A stretch of 62,912 nt of DNA, counting the filler, from Collodictyon triciliatum (lineage: Eukaryota): NCBI GenBank assembly GCA_043381765.1. It is 8 parts of 8 records of this genome, joined end to end, with 100 filler letters (N's around TTAATTAATTAA, not from the genome) between each part and the next. Parts side by side here need not be neighbours in the genome. Positions count along the whole stretch, not along the records: positions 1 to 8,138 come from JBHJMP010003037.1; positions 8,239 to 17,625 come from JBHJMP010003039.1; 6 more parts are not named here. One strand, given 5' to 3'. Positions 1 to 13,626 of the stretch are shown piece after piece; the stretch's first letter is position 1; each line of letters starts with the position of its first letter. A program made the translations under genes and the position numbers. The notes beneath the pieces are model-generated. The model did no database searches and was not told the origin of the DNA. It saw only the letters and a program-made list of their open reading frames with translations.

Positions 1-51
<51 letters not shown>
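1..51. repeat. (TG)n microsatellite
   Basis: Perfect TG run at window start. Confidence 0.95.
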
Positions 52-55
<4 letters not shown>

Positions 56-128
56 ATGTGATGAAACAAAGGGTTCTTCGATATGTTGGTCGCAGTAAAT
101 TCTAACGAATGCCACGAGCCCAAGTATG

Positions 129-2400
129 TTATGGAGTAAGAATTGGTATGAATGAAGAGGTGGAGTAAGGATGCCTATTTGTTTTGTCTCCCAAGCTGAA
201 AACCGTCGTTATCAGATAGGCAGAATGCGGAGTGGAGCATGGAAGCACTGCATGCTAGGGTTTACTTGACTAGTTATATTTTTTTTTATCTAAGTGAGTA
301 AATTGGACAGTGTACTAAATAAATAAAAATACACCGATTGCCTCAGTTTGATATAATATAATGAATCCACCATCTTTCAGAAATTGAATTGAAGAATATT
401 TTTTTTAAAAAAAATATAGAAATTAGGAACATTCCAAACCTATGAAAGAGTGAATGATTTCGTTTTCGATCCTAAAGATACTCCACTGACAACGTCTAGT
501 ATGAAGTATAGTTAATATTAGCACTATCCAAGGGGAAAGAAGCGCTCAGTTCTGCATCAAATAAACCAACCAGTAAATAAATGCGTCTAATTCCATCTCA
601 TAGTATATACATGACAACTCACCGAAACAGCTCCAGAGCAGCAAGAAGAAACACAAACATTTCGTGCTTGAATCCAACCAGCGAAAATGCCGCGGGAGTG
701 ATAGTCAATGTTTTCGCAAAGCGTAGGAGAAGATTGCTGATGATGGCATACCAGTAAACCTACGATAATCTTTATTTTTGAATGGCATCTATGAAATCAT
801 GTATTGAGGAGCTCTCATATTTGATGTGATTAAGACATGATATTGTTGATGACATACCCAGTGGCTTTTAAAAATTCGATTTTCTCGAATAAATTTCTTC
901 GAGTTCAAATCAATCATTCTCCAATCGACAAGAATGTCCCAGATGAAAGCGTAGAGAGTGCTCCCGAAAAAGAGAATCAACCAAATGATGTATGGTGTAG
1001 ACCATGCGAGATGAGGAGAGACTGGGAACAGAGTATATGTAATAAATGAAACATGAATACAACGCCATGATAGAATGAATGCTAAAAAAAAAAAAAACAA
1101 TCAAGGTAGTTATTCATGCCTGAGCGATGTCATTGTTAGGTGGTTCAAAAAATACAGAAAAGGTAAGAATTAATAAACCTACCAAAGTCTCCATAGAGAC
1201 GTCCGTATATGACTGCTAAGATAGAGCAGAAATACTTCCCAGCATTGGCAATATGAGGAAATAGTAGCCCGGAGTAATAATACCCGCGAATGCATTGCAT
1301 AAAACGAAGATAGAGGGGTAGCGCTGCTAGGATGGTAAGGATTACTCCGTTTCTGTCGTATTCTATTGAGTTAAAAATTAGATAGAGAAAAGAAAAAATT
1401 GGATATTGTATGGCACCATGATAGGGCCGGGCGGTGGGCAATTTCCTTTTCACTTTTTTCTTTTGCTCCTTTATATTTTCACATATTCTGATGGCTATTG
1501 TAATATGTCCACCTCGAGACCTTTGTATGGCATAACCTCGCTACACTTTGAATCGAATAAAGGAAAAAAAAATGTCCACCTCGAGATGCACGTAGTATAA
1601 AATATTACCACTTGAATACCAAATACACATCACAATAAGGTGGTTGCAGTCGAAAAGCAAACGTGGCATGCTAGTAATGAAGTCTGCCACGAAATTTTCG
1701 GCAAAGGAAGTTCTTCCAAAAGGTGCCATAATAATCTGGACTATTGTTCTGGCGAGATATGACCTCAAATCTGAAGGCCACAGCATCGCGACTAGCATAG
1801 TCATGGTGATAAAAAATAGAAAGTCGTACGAATGGGTCAAAAACAGCTGATTGTTGGAAATCATGGCACCGGAATATGTAACGACGCAAAAGATCCAAGC
1901 AACGCTCAAAATATTGGACAACTAAAATGCATGGCATAAATTATCTTGTGAGTGTCAATGCGTTACAGAGTGATTGAGCAAAGATTAAACAAGCTGGGAA
2001 CCTGAATCTATGCATAGAGGATTTTTATGTGGCATTCTCATACCTGGATTATCTCCCCAAGGAAGTTCTCTTTGTTTGAGTGGATGGCCACGCCCAGCAG
2101 TTCCTCATATGGCACTTGGTAAATGTGAAAAATGCTAATCACAATGGACCAAAACCAGAAGAGTAGGATCGGCAACAGAAACGCGCGAAAGACCGGAATC
2201 ACAGCGAGGACAAGGCTGATATTCGGCGTTGAGTTCGTCCCGGGTAGGAAGATGAGGACAAAATAGCTGTATAGCGCAAGTACTATGTAAATGGCCGGGA
2301 AGGAGAAGCACCAAGGCGGAATCCAGTGCACTAGAAAGCGAATGTCGAATTGTTGAAGCCAACGACGGCGGCGATGTCCGTGGCTTGTGTATGAACCCAT
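129..2400 (-). CDS. EXS (ERD1/XPR1/SYG1) family membrane protein, multi-exon
   Basis: Spliced exons give EXS motifs FAENFVADFITSM, LPLYLRFMQCIR, PHIANAGKY, STLYAFIWDILVDW, ISNLLLRF, LELFRRCQWSIFRIENE. ATG at 2400; the last two exons and stop at 129 are inferred from phase-compatible GT-AG sites. Confidence 0.88.
1520..1571 (+). mobile_element. Family A retroposed insert (52 bp) in an EXS intron
   Basis: CCTTTGTATGGCATAACCTCGCTACACTTTGAATCGAATAAAGG(A)8 between perfect 15-bp direct repeats ATGTCCACCTCGAGA (1505-1519, 1572-1586). Confidence 0.88.
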
Positions 2401-2835
2401 CTAGTGTGGTTGATAACTTTGCTACTTAAGTCACAGGAAATATGTATCTGAGCTATCAGGCTGCATATTGCTGGTCTTGTGAAGATATGGGAGCGGGTGT
2501 GGTCATTAATTGAACAACTCAGCGATAGGATGTTTTAGGAATTACACTTGTATATAGCCCACACATAGTGATATGGTGATGTAAGTTATATAACACAAGG
2601 AGATAGAAAACTCTGCAGGAATAAACTCTTTCTCCGCTCAATCTCCTTTAATTTCTTTTTCTTTCCTTTAAAAGGGCTAGGAGGGAACTATGGTACAAAA
2701 TGCGACTTCTTCATATACCACGCGGGTGACTAACTCATAGGTTTGCCACAAAACGAGACTGTGCAAGATTAAAGCGTGAGATTCCAGCACTAAGTCAGGG
2801 CAGGCAGGAAAGCTCACCGATTGTGTGTCCATGCG

Positions 2836-3026
2836 TTTGTTGTTGTTTGTTGTTGTTGTTTGTTGTTTGTTGTTGTTGTTTGTTGTTTGTTGTTTGTTGT
2901 TTGTTGTTTGTTGTTTGTTGTTTGTTGTTTGTTGTTTGTTGTTTGATGTTTGTTGTTTGTTGTTTGTTGTTTGTTGTTTGTTGTTTGTTGTTTGATGTTT
3001 GTTGTTTGTTGTTTGTTGTTTGTTGT

Positions 3027-3118
<92 letters not shown>

Positions 3119-3184
3119 TATGTTTAAGAGGGCGCGTATATGTATGTGTATGTGTGAGTATATGTATGTGTATGTGTGTGTGTG
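2836..3184. repeat. Compound microsatellite (TTGTTGT)n/(TTTC)n/(TG,TA)n
   Basis: Simple repeats seen directly; source of spurious ORFs at 2795-3339. Confidence 0.92.
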
Positions 3185-4609
3185 CTTGGGACTCAAAAAC
3201 GGATCGTCAAGCAGTGTTAGAACGTACTTTGCCCGTGATAAAGAGCCCGTTAACAAGGTGCGGTCTGTACTCACCTTTATATTTTGCTTTTAGGGCTGGT
3301 ATACACCTCCCAATATCGAAAAGAAAAAGAAAAGGATGACGAATTAAACCCCTGGATAAATGAAGAAATATGAAAAAAAAAAAATCTGGAGGCTGAAGTT
3401 CATAGAGCATAATACTATTAGCTACTGAGTTCCGCCCGTTCGTAGAGCGCGGGCAAGCTGCCAGGCTTGGATGACCGCTCTGAAATAAGTGACCATGAGA
3501 AGGAGGCAAGAAAATTGGAGAGAGGGAAAGAAAAAAAAAAAAGAAAAAACAAAGCGAGAGACAACGAGGTGTTACGGCCGGTGTCCGTTGCAACTTGTAC
3601 GAGTGATAAGATTCTACTTGATCAGAAACATGACGGCCGGAATGAAGCGCCCGGGGCAAAGGGCAGCTATTTTAGGTGCTGGGCTGGGTGGCAGTGGTAC
3701 TAGAGGGTGATGGAACACTTAGGAGAATTGCGCAGGCAAGGCACAGAGAAGAAATGCTAATTAATTGAAACTAATAATATATAAATATGCAATGTATATA
3801 TTACACATATGTACATATGTCATATAATATATTTATTTTACGATATATATTATAAATTCCGTAAATAGATAAATGAGACTATCCTATTATAGAATAGAAG
3901 CATCTAGAATCTTCTGCGCACAAACCCAAATCCATCCACACGCCTTGCGCCGAGCCTGTTGGATACCTGCGTGCCTTTTTCGAAATTTCAAACATTTGAA
4001 TTTGCCTTCACCACAACATAGACCCACAGCCAATAGCAGACGAGCCGCCGAAGCATCTAGCGATTTTACTTCGGACTTAGCGCTGGAAAATTACAAATCA
4101 CAAACATGGATGAATGATTTGGTCACACCAGTCACAGCACGCCCAAGCAGCATATACCTTGGCTTGCTCACCCACATTCTCCAACCCACTTCACCCTGCT
4201 TGTCTACAACCCTGAATCTGTTGAGTAGCTGCTCGTTTAAATATAACTTGAGTCTCAATGCTTTTGGACACTGCGGAGCTGCTACAACTAACTATTTATT
4301 TATTTATTAAATCATTTCCCTCTTGCTTGTCCGCCAAGCACCTTCCAAAAGCTCCCACAAGTCACAAACAAGGGACCTTTGCACAAAAACCTCTCCTTTT
4401 CTTTCTCTTCACCCCTAACTCTGAACTATCTTGCAAACAAACTTTCCGATCGACCCCTTGAACTAACGCACCTCCCTTTTGCCAGTTTGTCTGCCTGTGT
4501 TAACAAAAGTCTGTTGTTGAAACAAAGCCGAAAGAATTTTTCTTTCCTTCGCCTGCCCTTAAGCAGTATTTTGTATAGACACGACTTTCATTCTTTCCGT
4601 CCCTCTACG

Positions 4610-7600
4610 ATGCAAGCAACCGAAGACAGCCTCATGGGCTTGGCCAGACTTCTTCAGCAAACACAAGAAGCCGACAAATTGAAACGAACGGAAGGTAAGC
4701 AGTCGGAATCATCATACAAAAAAAAGAAAAAGAAAAAGAAAAAGAAAGATGAGTTGGACTCTAACCTTAATCTTTCAGCATGCTCAGTCTTATTTGACTA
4801 CACCGTTTACCCTCTTGTGTGCCTTAATTATGAGAATAGTCCGCGTTAGACTGTCTATATTTTCAGACACTACTCCGGCCTCCTCGTCTCTGTATTTTTT
4901 TTTTTGATGAAGGAACTTACTGATTTTCTCGCCTTCCCCAAACTATGTTAGCCGAAACTTCCCTAGAAATCCAGAAAATATCTGCTGGTTTCCCTCAGGT
5001 GATCTTGGCACTCATTTCCCAACCAGGGGCTCCCATTCCTCTCCGCCTCACTGCGGCAATTTTCTTCAAAAACCTTGTGAAACATCACTGGGGCCAGGTA
5101 CTCAATCGACCTTTTTAAGTAATTTCCACACGTTTAGACCCCAAAAGATCTTACTCAACAAGAACCATGACTCTGTCACACTTATCTAAACATAGTTCGT
5201 TCATGCCACCCTCTGTATCTTATCGCGCTCTGCGCCCACGAAAATACTCTGTTCACAAACATCATTCACCTAACATGTGAAGCTGTCTCTCATGGCCCAG
5301 CCCCTTTTATTAACTCTCGCTCTGTAGTCTGAAGACCAGACGTTCTCTATTGTTGAGACCGATCGTGAGGCCATTCGCTCGCAGCTCATTGGGATATACC
5401 TCCAGGTAAGTGTTCTTTACTTCTCGTTAAGGCTTAATAAGAATATCAGAAACTACACTCAAAAGCCGTGTAAGTTTCCACATTCCCATATCGTCGTTTG
5501 GACCATTTCCTTCAATTATTCACCCTTTTTTTTTTATGAACTCTTAGAGCCCTAGCAACATTCAAAGCCAACTAGCCGAGGCAATAGCCCTCATTGGAGC
5601 CCATGGGATTCTAACCCAATGGCCTGGACTGATGCCGGTATTTGCCTTCCCAATTTTTCTGCCTTATCTCATGGACGATTTCACCTTGCTTTCAACTCTT
5701 CAAACCCTCTATTTCCGCCACGAGAAGTCATCTGATAAGAAAATATAGGAAATAGTTGGTCGCATGTCATCGAATGATTTTGATACCATCTTTAACTTGC
5801 TGAAGATATGCAATTCACTCTTTAAGAGGTTCTCCATTACCCGAATATTCAAATCACCTCCCCTTCCCATCTGTTAACCCAATAGGCTGACACTACTTCA
5901 TCTTTGTCATTACCCACTCCATTCCACAATCTTTTCACTAAGCTAATATCCTTTTATTTTATCTTGATACCTGAAGAAGTTCTTATTTTTGTGTTGAGTT
6001 GTCTACAATCTTCAAAACAGCTTTTCTATCATACCAACTGATATTCGCCTAAGATTCACTTTACTCCGCATTTAGATATCGTTACGCATTCAAGTCTGAT
6101 GGCCTATGGAATGAAATTAAGGTCGTATTGGAGCATCTTCAAGTTCCTCTTCTGCAATTTACTCAGGCAAGATTCCACAATTTACCTTTTGTATCACATC
6201 TCATTATATAAATACGCCTCATTCAAAATCGCGAAAAACTCTGAGATAAGTTCAGAATTACCCATTTACTGTAACGTCTGAAATATTCAACTAAAGCAAA
6301 TTCAAACTGTTGTTATAGTATGTCAGCAGTCTGGTGGATTCAAATGCCCAAAATAAGCAGGTTTGCCCCACTTTCTGAGAGTTTATTATATGGGGTAAAT
6401 TTTTTAAAATTCATGCCTTACATTTTTTTTATTTCGGAATACAGGCCCTCCAAAAGCTCTTCGATGCACTTATCATCTGCCTGAAGTTATTTTTCTCGTT
6501 GTGTGCGCAAGAGTTGGCCTCCTTCTTTGAGGAACATCTCGCTGACTATGTCCAAATATTCATCAAATATCTCACCTACCAGAACCCTATCCTCTCACGC
6601 GAGGTAAAGTGATATATATTTACACTCTACCTTATTGGTATGACCCGCAACCCTACTGCACGCTCGTATAATATTTTATAATATATATATTTATTTTTGC
6701 CATCCCACTAAGAAAAAGTAATGATTTCACATAATCCATTACCCATAAAGCAACACATAACTCGTTTCTTTCTGTTGAAGGACCCTGACGTACCTGGTCA
6801 CATTGAGAAGATCCAACACAGAATTTGCCAGGCTCTTACCCTTTGTGTCGAGAAATATCTGGAAGATTATGGTTAATACCAATATTATGTCGTTGAATTT
6901 TTGCTCCGTTTCCTCCTGTTGAATCAGTCGTACAATCCTAAATCCTGCTTCAATCCCTAACGATCCATAATGATTTCAGATTTTGACAAATACGTGGGCG
7001 GATTTGTTCTTACCATCCGCCAATTACTCGTCCGGCTAGATGCTTCAGCTGGAAATGACAAGGTTTGCAAATGAATTAATTAAACCACATTCTGGAGACG
7101 ATAAAACTGCCCCACTTGTCCGCTCGATTACGAGGTAATCACGCATATTGCACTCTTAACTTACATGAATCTCCACAGCTGACTACAGGCGCAATCGAAT
7201 TCCTGTCTGCTGTTAGTAAGAGTTCTCATTCCACGTTCCTCCTTGAACCAGGGGTTATACAAGAGATATGTGAAAGAGTCATCATTCCAAACATCGTTCT
7301 TAGAGGTAATCTTAGCAGAAACAACGTACTATGCTAACGAAATCAGGATGTGTTTCTTCTCTTTTTCTCACCAGATTTTAACTAAATCTCAGAAAAAGAT
7401 GAAGAGTTGTTTGAAGATACTCCGTCCGATTATATTCGTCAGGATTCTGAGGGTTCGGATGCGGATACCAGGAGGCGAGTATCGAGCAAACTGATAAAGG
7501 TATCACCATAAACGTAATCTTATATCCTATAATCAATCTGCGACAGGATGGAGACTAGACATTCTGGTGTTAACAAATATATCACCGCCATAGGCTATCG

Positions 7601-8138
7601 GGAAAAATTACCAGGCTGAGGTCACTCAAATGTTCTTAACCTACATCATTGGTTTACTCCAGGTACTAGCAAACTTCTTTATAAAACATGATATTGCAAA
7701 TAACTTTAGGATTCTAATAGCTCATTCAGACCGCTATCATGATGAGATTTTTACATGCCAGTGTAACTCTTTTTCCCCTTTCGCCTCTTATACGACCAGA
7801 AATATGAGTCCAATCCTGTCGCAAACTGGAAAGATAAAGACACTGCGATATATTTGACTACATCACTCGCTATAGAATCTAGCACAATAAATCGTGGTAT
7901 CACAGCAATAAACCAACGTGTAGATGTTGTTGAATTCTTTCAATCTCATATTATGAAGGAACTTAAGGTTTGTAACCATACTTTATTGACATCACACACA
8001 TCACACACATCACACACATCACACACATCACACACATCACACACATCACACACACACACACTTGCCTTTTCGCTCTATGACTCTTTTTTTTTTTTTTTTA
8101 TTTTTTTCCCCTTGCATTAGGTTGTTTCATGTTCTTTT
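4610..8138 (+). CDS. CSE1L: Exportin-2 / importin-alpha re-exporter, multi-exon, 3' end cut by scaffold end
   Basis: Exons give MQATEDSL, RLTAAIFFKNLVKHHW, RYRYAFKSDGLWNEIKVVL, ELASFFEEHL, ICERVIIPNIVLR, DEELFEDTPSDYIRQDSEGSDADTRRR, NWKDKDTAIYL, all matching CSE1/CAS. Confidence 0.93.
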
Positions 8139-8238
8139 NNNNNNNNNNNNNNNNNNNNNNNNNNNNNNNNNNNNNNNNNNNNTTAATTAATTAANNNNNN
8201 NNNNNNNNNNNNNNNNNNNNNNNNNNNNNNNNNNNNNN
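8139..8238. other. Artificial scaffold spacer (N44-TTAATTAATTAA-N44)
   Basis: The same 100-nt six-frame-stop linker recurs at 17626-17725, 27105-27204, 36584-36683, 46066-46165, 55539-55638 and 60912-61011. Confidence 0.97.
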
Positions 8239-9012
8239 TTTTGTTTTTTGTTTTTTGTTTTTTGTTTTTTTTGTTTTTTGTTTTTTGTTTTTTTAACGTC
8301 GTTTGTCCATTGTGAAGAGAGCTATCCAGCTTTTTCCCTTTCGTCATATGCACCTGTCAAACTCTGTGTTGTCTTTTCCTCTGCTTATGTTTCTGTCGAT
8401 GGAATTTCGTTTCTGTGTTTGTTATGCAGCGAACTCGAAAGGAATGGGAATTATAAAAAATTAATTTTTAAAAAAAAAAGCAGATTTAATCGGGAGCAGA
8501 ACAATCCAGATTCCTGAAAACCCCACTTTATGCAATCGGGATTTCTTTCGCCCCAACCCGCAATTTTTGTTTTGTTGAGGGAGGAGTGTGCATCCAGTAA
8601 TCTTCAAGGCCGGGGATGCAAGCGGCAGAGAGAAAGAGCAAAAGCAAGAAAGTGGCTCAGCGCGAAACACAGCGCAGAGTTTGCGGGCAACGCGGGCACT
8701 TCAGGCGATTCTCTTGATAAACGAAGCAGGTCAACAACACAAGAGGCTCTCTTTTCTTCCGTTTCGTTTATTCGCTCGCCAACTCACCCGCCAAGCCTTT
8801 CGATATGTGTCTGTCGCGATGCAAAACAACCGAGCGAGAGAAAGAAAGGCATGGCAGGTTAAGAAGGGTGTTTGAGAGAGAATGAGAAAATGCGAGTGAG
8901 AGACAAAGAGAGTGAGAGAGGAAGAGTGCGAGTGCGCATACACAGCCAAACAAAACAAAGAAAGGCGAGTGGTCGCACACGGGGGTCGAAAGGGCGATGT
9001 GCCTCGCGCGGC

Positions 9013-9835
9013 CTAAGCTGTGGACGGCGCATCGGAGGCGGCGGCGGCGGCGGCATTGAGCTCCTTGGCGGCAGCGGCCACGCGGGCCTCGAGCGCCTTT
9101 GCGTCCTCCAGCAGGGCGAGGACATCGGTGGTGTCGAGCTGAGTCACGATGCCGTGCGTGATGCGGTCCGCAAGAGCAGGCTCCTGCTTGTGGACCAGCG
9201 GCTGCAGCTTCTCTTGCAGGACGCGCTTCTGGTCGGCCTCGGGCAGGTTGGCCAGCGCATTGAGCGGGCTGGACGCAGCTTGCTTGGCGGCATCGGTCGG
9301 CACTGCGGCAATCGGGATGGTCGTTGTGGTGGTAGTCTTCTGCGCGGGGTTTGAGGACGACGTCACGGTGATGGTCACGGTGGTTGCGCTCGCATTCGCG
9401 CCTGCACCTGTGCCTGTGCCTGTGATTTTGCCTTTGCTCTCGGAGGCGTCGTGGCCTGCAGATGAAGTTGGAGTTGATATCTTCGTCACATACAGACATG
9501 CATCTTTATCATTGATTTCGTATCACACCATACTCGCAGATGGAGCCTGCTTGTTCCCACGAGGAGCATTGGTTGAAGGAGCGATGCTAGTCGCGACGGG
9601 GCCGCGGGGCTGGTTGCGCGGGGCGGCCGCATAGGCCTGGGCTTGAGCGTGCGCTTGAGCTTGAGCTTGGGCATGAGCATGAGCCTGAGCCTGAGCCATG
9701 ACGACAGAGGCGTAGCTGGGGCCACCATGGGTCGTGCGGATTGACGGGCCGCCGGCATTGACGACAACGGTGTTTGGCACGACGGGATTCCCGCCGACGG
9801 CAGGCTGGACAGAGACTGGAGCCACAGCCGACGAT

Positions 9836-9867
<32 letters not shown>

Positions 9868-12307
9868 GGATGGAGACGGAGCCACAGCCACAGCCATAGC
9901 CGGGGCGGGCCTCATGTACGCGTGGGGGTCGTGGTAGATGGAGCGCGGGTAGAATGTGGGGACGCCAAAGAGGTGGGCGGCATGCGGGTGGACGGGGCCC
10001 ATGTGCTGGTGGGCGGGGACGCTGTGGACGTGCATATTGTGGTGATGGACGTGCATCTTGTGCGGGGCCACGGGCGGGGCGGCTGGCAGCGGCACAAAGT
10101 GGGCGTCCGGGCGGTGGCTGCGGTAGTTGTAGATGGTCTCGAGGTGTGCGCGGCGCTCGTCGCGGCGCTGGTGGATGGTCACGTAGAGGCGCTTGGAGCC
10201 GAGCATCTGGTCGTGCATGGCCTGGATGGCGCGTCCCGCCTCCTCCTTTGTGGAGAAGCAGACGAAGCCGAAGCCCTTGCTGCGCTTGGCCTCGTCCAGC
10301 ATCACGGCTGCACGCACAATTGCTCCGAAGCGGCCAAACTCCTGCTGCAGGCGTGCTGTGTCCACGCTCTCGTCCAGGTTCTTTACGTAGATGTTGGAGT
10401 CCTGTGGAGAGTGGGCGTTGATTATAAGTATATTGTTATGGATGATATTATTTTTTCTATTGATGTTTGGGTGGTCGCACAGACTTTATTCAATGTGATG
10501 TGAGGGAGAGGAGACAAATGGATTGGACTGGGCTGTGCTATATTACCTTATATTTGCGATAGTTCTCGCGCTTGCGCTCCTCGTATTTGGATCGCAGAAG
10601 AGATGAACGCTCTGCTTTGGATTGAGCACGGGCGACGTAGATGTTTTTCGAGCCGAGTAGCTTCCCGTCCATGTTTTCGATGGCCTGTGTGATTAATCGC
10701 GCGTGTATGAATATGAATGCTCCTTTTTTTCTTCTTCTTTTGGTCGTTTGATTTTTTGTGAAATGATGATATAGAGTTATAATTAAGAAGACGCACAAGC
10801 AAACAAGATTTTATCTTTCTCCCTTAACAAATGTAAGGGTGGCATGAATGTTAAAATAATTAAGAAGTTCTTGTGATTGATGCCAGTGTGATACTTTTTG
10901 TTGTTTGTAGTCAGAGGATAGAAAAAAAAACAATATATAAGCAAAAGAGGAGGGGTAAAAAAAAAAAAAACCTTGAGGGCACACTCATGGCTGGAGAAAT
11001 TGACAAATCCGAATCCACGGGACGCGCCAGTTTCGTTTTTCATGATGATGCCACTGGTAATTTCGCCGAATTGGCCAAAGGTCTCATTAAGCTACAACGC
11101 GGCTTGGATTTAGCATATAGAACAATAGTCGAAAAGTAAACACAGAAATAAAAATAATAATAACATATATGCCAGACAAAAATGTGTTGGATTAAGCAAC
11201 AAGCAAATAAAATAAACTACGGGTAACTAGCATCTTTTATAGCCAATAACTGTATCTCAAAATGGAATAGGTAACATAACGATTCACAGACTTGTTGATC
11301 AGTAAGAGACTCATCCAGGTATTTGACGTAGACGTTGGTGAACTTAATCTCGCTGGGCTTCTTGCGAGGGATGAACTTTGTAACGACAACCTTCATGCCG
11401 TTGATAAGCATGCCGTTAACCGTATCGATGACTTTCTGGGCATCCTGCTCGTTTTCGTACTGGACATAGCCGAATCCGAGGGAGCTTTGGGTATCATCAC
11501 GCTGAATCATGCAGGAGAGGATCTTGCCGAAGGTGGAGAATGTGTCGTAAAGAGCCTTTTCGTCAATAGTGCGATCGAGGTTCTTGATAAAGACGTTGCC
11601 TTGGCCTGACTTGCGGACAGCCGGGTCACGTTGAGACCACATGAGTCGGCAGACTTGGCCAAGGATCGGTGCGTAGTTCAGGGTGTCCAACACACGCTGA
11701 GCTGTTTGGTTGATTAATTGATTGGTTGATTTGTTGATATGTAGGGACATGTGAGTACAGAAGCAAACTCGTTTACTTTCTCTCTTAAAACCGTGAAGGA
11801 AAAAGAAAACGAGTTGGGGCTACGGAGCTGATAATGAAAAGGGGATATTTGAGGGAGCTTCTTAAATTTTTGTTATTACTTCCACCTTTTTTTTTTTTGG
11901 CTATTTTTTTTCTTGCTGTATGGTATGTTCTTATTCGTTCTTTATAAATACTTTGTTTTATGATTTATATATTCTTATGTTTTATAGTTATTTTTTTCTT
12001 GTGCTATGTAGACATGAGGACGGGATTCAATGCAAATATGATGTTTTATGAAAGTGATATGAAAGCGCTAAGGTGGGGATATGAACAGAACGCAGCCACA
12101 AAGACAAAAGAACGAATACAAACCGTCTTGTTGAGAAGTGAAGTTAACATAGCCGTATCGAAGAGAAGCGCGAGTGATGCTGTCACGGCAGACACGAGTC
12201 GAGGTCACGAAGGCAACGGAGCTGAAGAACGTGTAGAGATCCGTTTCAGTCACTTCCGGCTTGAGGTTTCCCACATACAAGGAGGGGATAAAGTGTGGGG
12301 TGGCCAT
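9013..12307 (-). CDS. PABPC: Cytoplasmic poly(A)-binding protein (4 RRM, low-complexity linker, divergent MLLE/PABC domain)
   Basis: [78 protein letters not shown]-terminal [13 protein letters not shown]...LLED. Confidence 0.95.
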
Positions 12308-12449
12308 GGCTCGGACTTCCTTTTTATTTATCGCTTCTTGCTTCTGGGTGGCAATTGACACTTAGTTGCTTGTTTAATTTATGCGTTTGCTGTATTTGAG
12401 TTTATTACGCATGTTTATTGGGTTATTTCTTCGTTTTCTTTTGGTCATT

Positions 12450-12628
12450 TTCTCTTTTTGTTTTTCTGTTTTTCTGTTTTTCTGTTTTTCTGTTTTTCTG
12501 TTTTTCTGTTTTTCTGTTTTTCTGTTTTTCTGTTTTTCTGTTTTTCTGTTTTTCTCTTTTTCTCTTTTTCTCTTTTTCTCTTTTTCTCTTTTTCTCTTTT
12601 TCTCTTTTTCTCTTTTTCTCTTTTTCTG
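12450..12628 (-). repeat. (GAAAAACA)n/(GAAAAAGA)n A-rich array upstream of the PABP start codon
   Basis: 8-bp tandem units, A-rich on the PABP sense strand, about 140-320 nt upstream of the ATG. Confidence 0.9.
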
Positions 12629-13626
12629 TTGCCAGAGTCCGTCGGGATTATGTTTCCGAAGTGTGTCTTTGATTTTAGAAACTTGCCACCCCTTATTCTG
12701 AATTTTTGAGTTCTTGGAGTGATAACAGATGCAGTCCAGAGTATAATTACAATAAATAATAATGTATTGTGTGTGTTTGAAGTCAAGATCTGGTAAGATT
12801 CAGGCACAGCATTTGTATTTAGTGCTAGGTTTCTGGGCGTAGTAAAGAGTGAGTTTGAACAATTCTATTGGAGGAAATTCTCATGAAACTCGAAACAAAC
12901 CAAAGCGATCAAAGAAAAACTAGGCTGTTCAATGCCGCTAAGACAGACTTCATAGGAAATAGTAAAGGCACTCGGATGAAAAAGGCCGACTGACTTCAGT
13001 ATGCCCAATGCCCTCTCAGGTAATTGTTTCTTTTAACTTTTCTTTCCCTTCTTTTTCTTGGTTATTCTGAAGAACAGTGTCTTCTTTTTGATAAAACATG
13101 CAAGCCACCCGCAGAAGACCCAAATGATCTCACGGCCCAAGCAAGATCGGCTCGAGTCACAAACAAAAGACTTTCTGAAGGAGGCTCAGCAGTTACCAAA
13201 ACCCATCCTTTACTATGACTAGAAAAAATAAAAAAAAAAAAACCTTGTCGAAAAAATCGAGATTCTATCATCATTGCCACACAGATAACGTCGAAGAAAA
13301 ATATTCAGATTCATGATGTTTGGAAATCGAGGCGCAAAGTGTTGTGGGTTGTGCAAATGATTGCAGGAACACACGAACTCACGCGAACGAACCCACAGAC
13401 CACGAGCTTTTTTCCACAAACGGTGAATGGAATACAAGATGAAAAATATATCGAATACTACATATTATGTACTAAACTTAATGCAGTAAAATATGATTCA
13501 TGAAAAAATGTGCCTATTAATATTTAAATTATTATACTTTCCGAAAATGTAAAAACTCACTTTTTTTTTATTCCGTTGCGCGCTTTTTGTTTTCTTTATC
13601 CGCAAGCATTCTTTTTATAAACAAAG

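Noticed and set aside
3190-3347. Possible mini-gene with a 35-nt intron between EXS and CSE1
   Set aside because: No start codon or recognisable product; intron much shorter than most others here.
8183-8194. TTAATTAATTAA palindrome recurring about every 9.5 kb
   Set aside because: Always centred in N44 flanks; an artificial six-frame stop linker.
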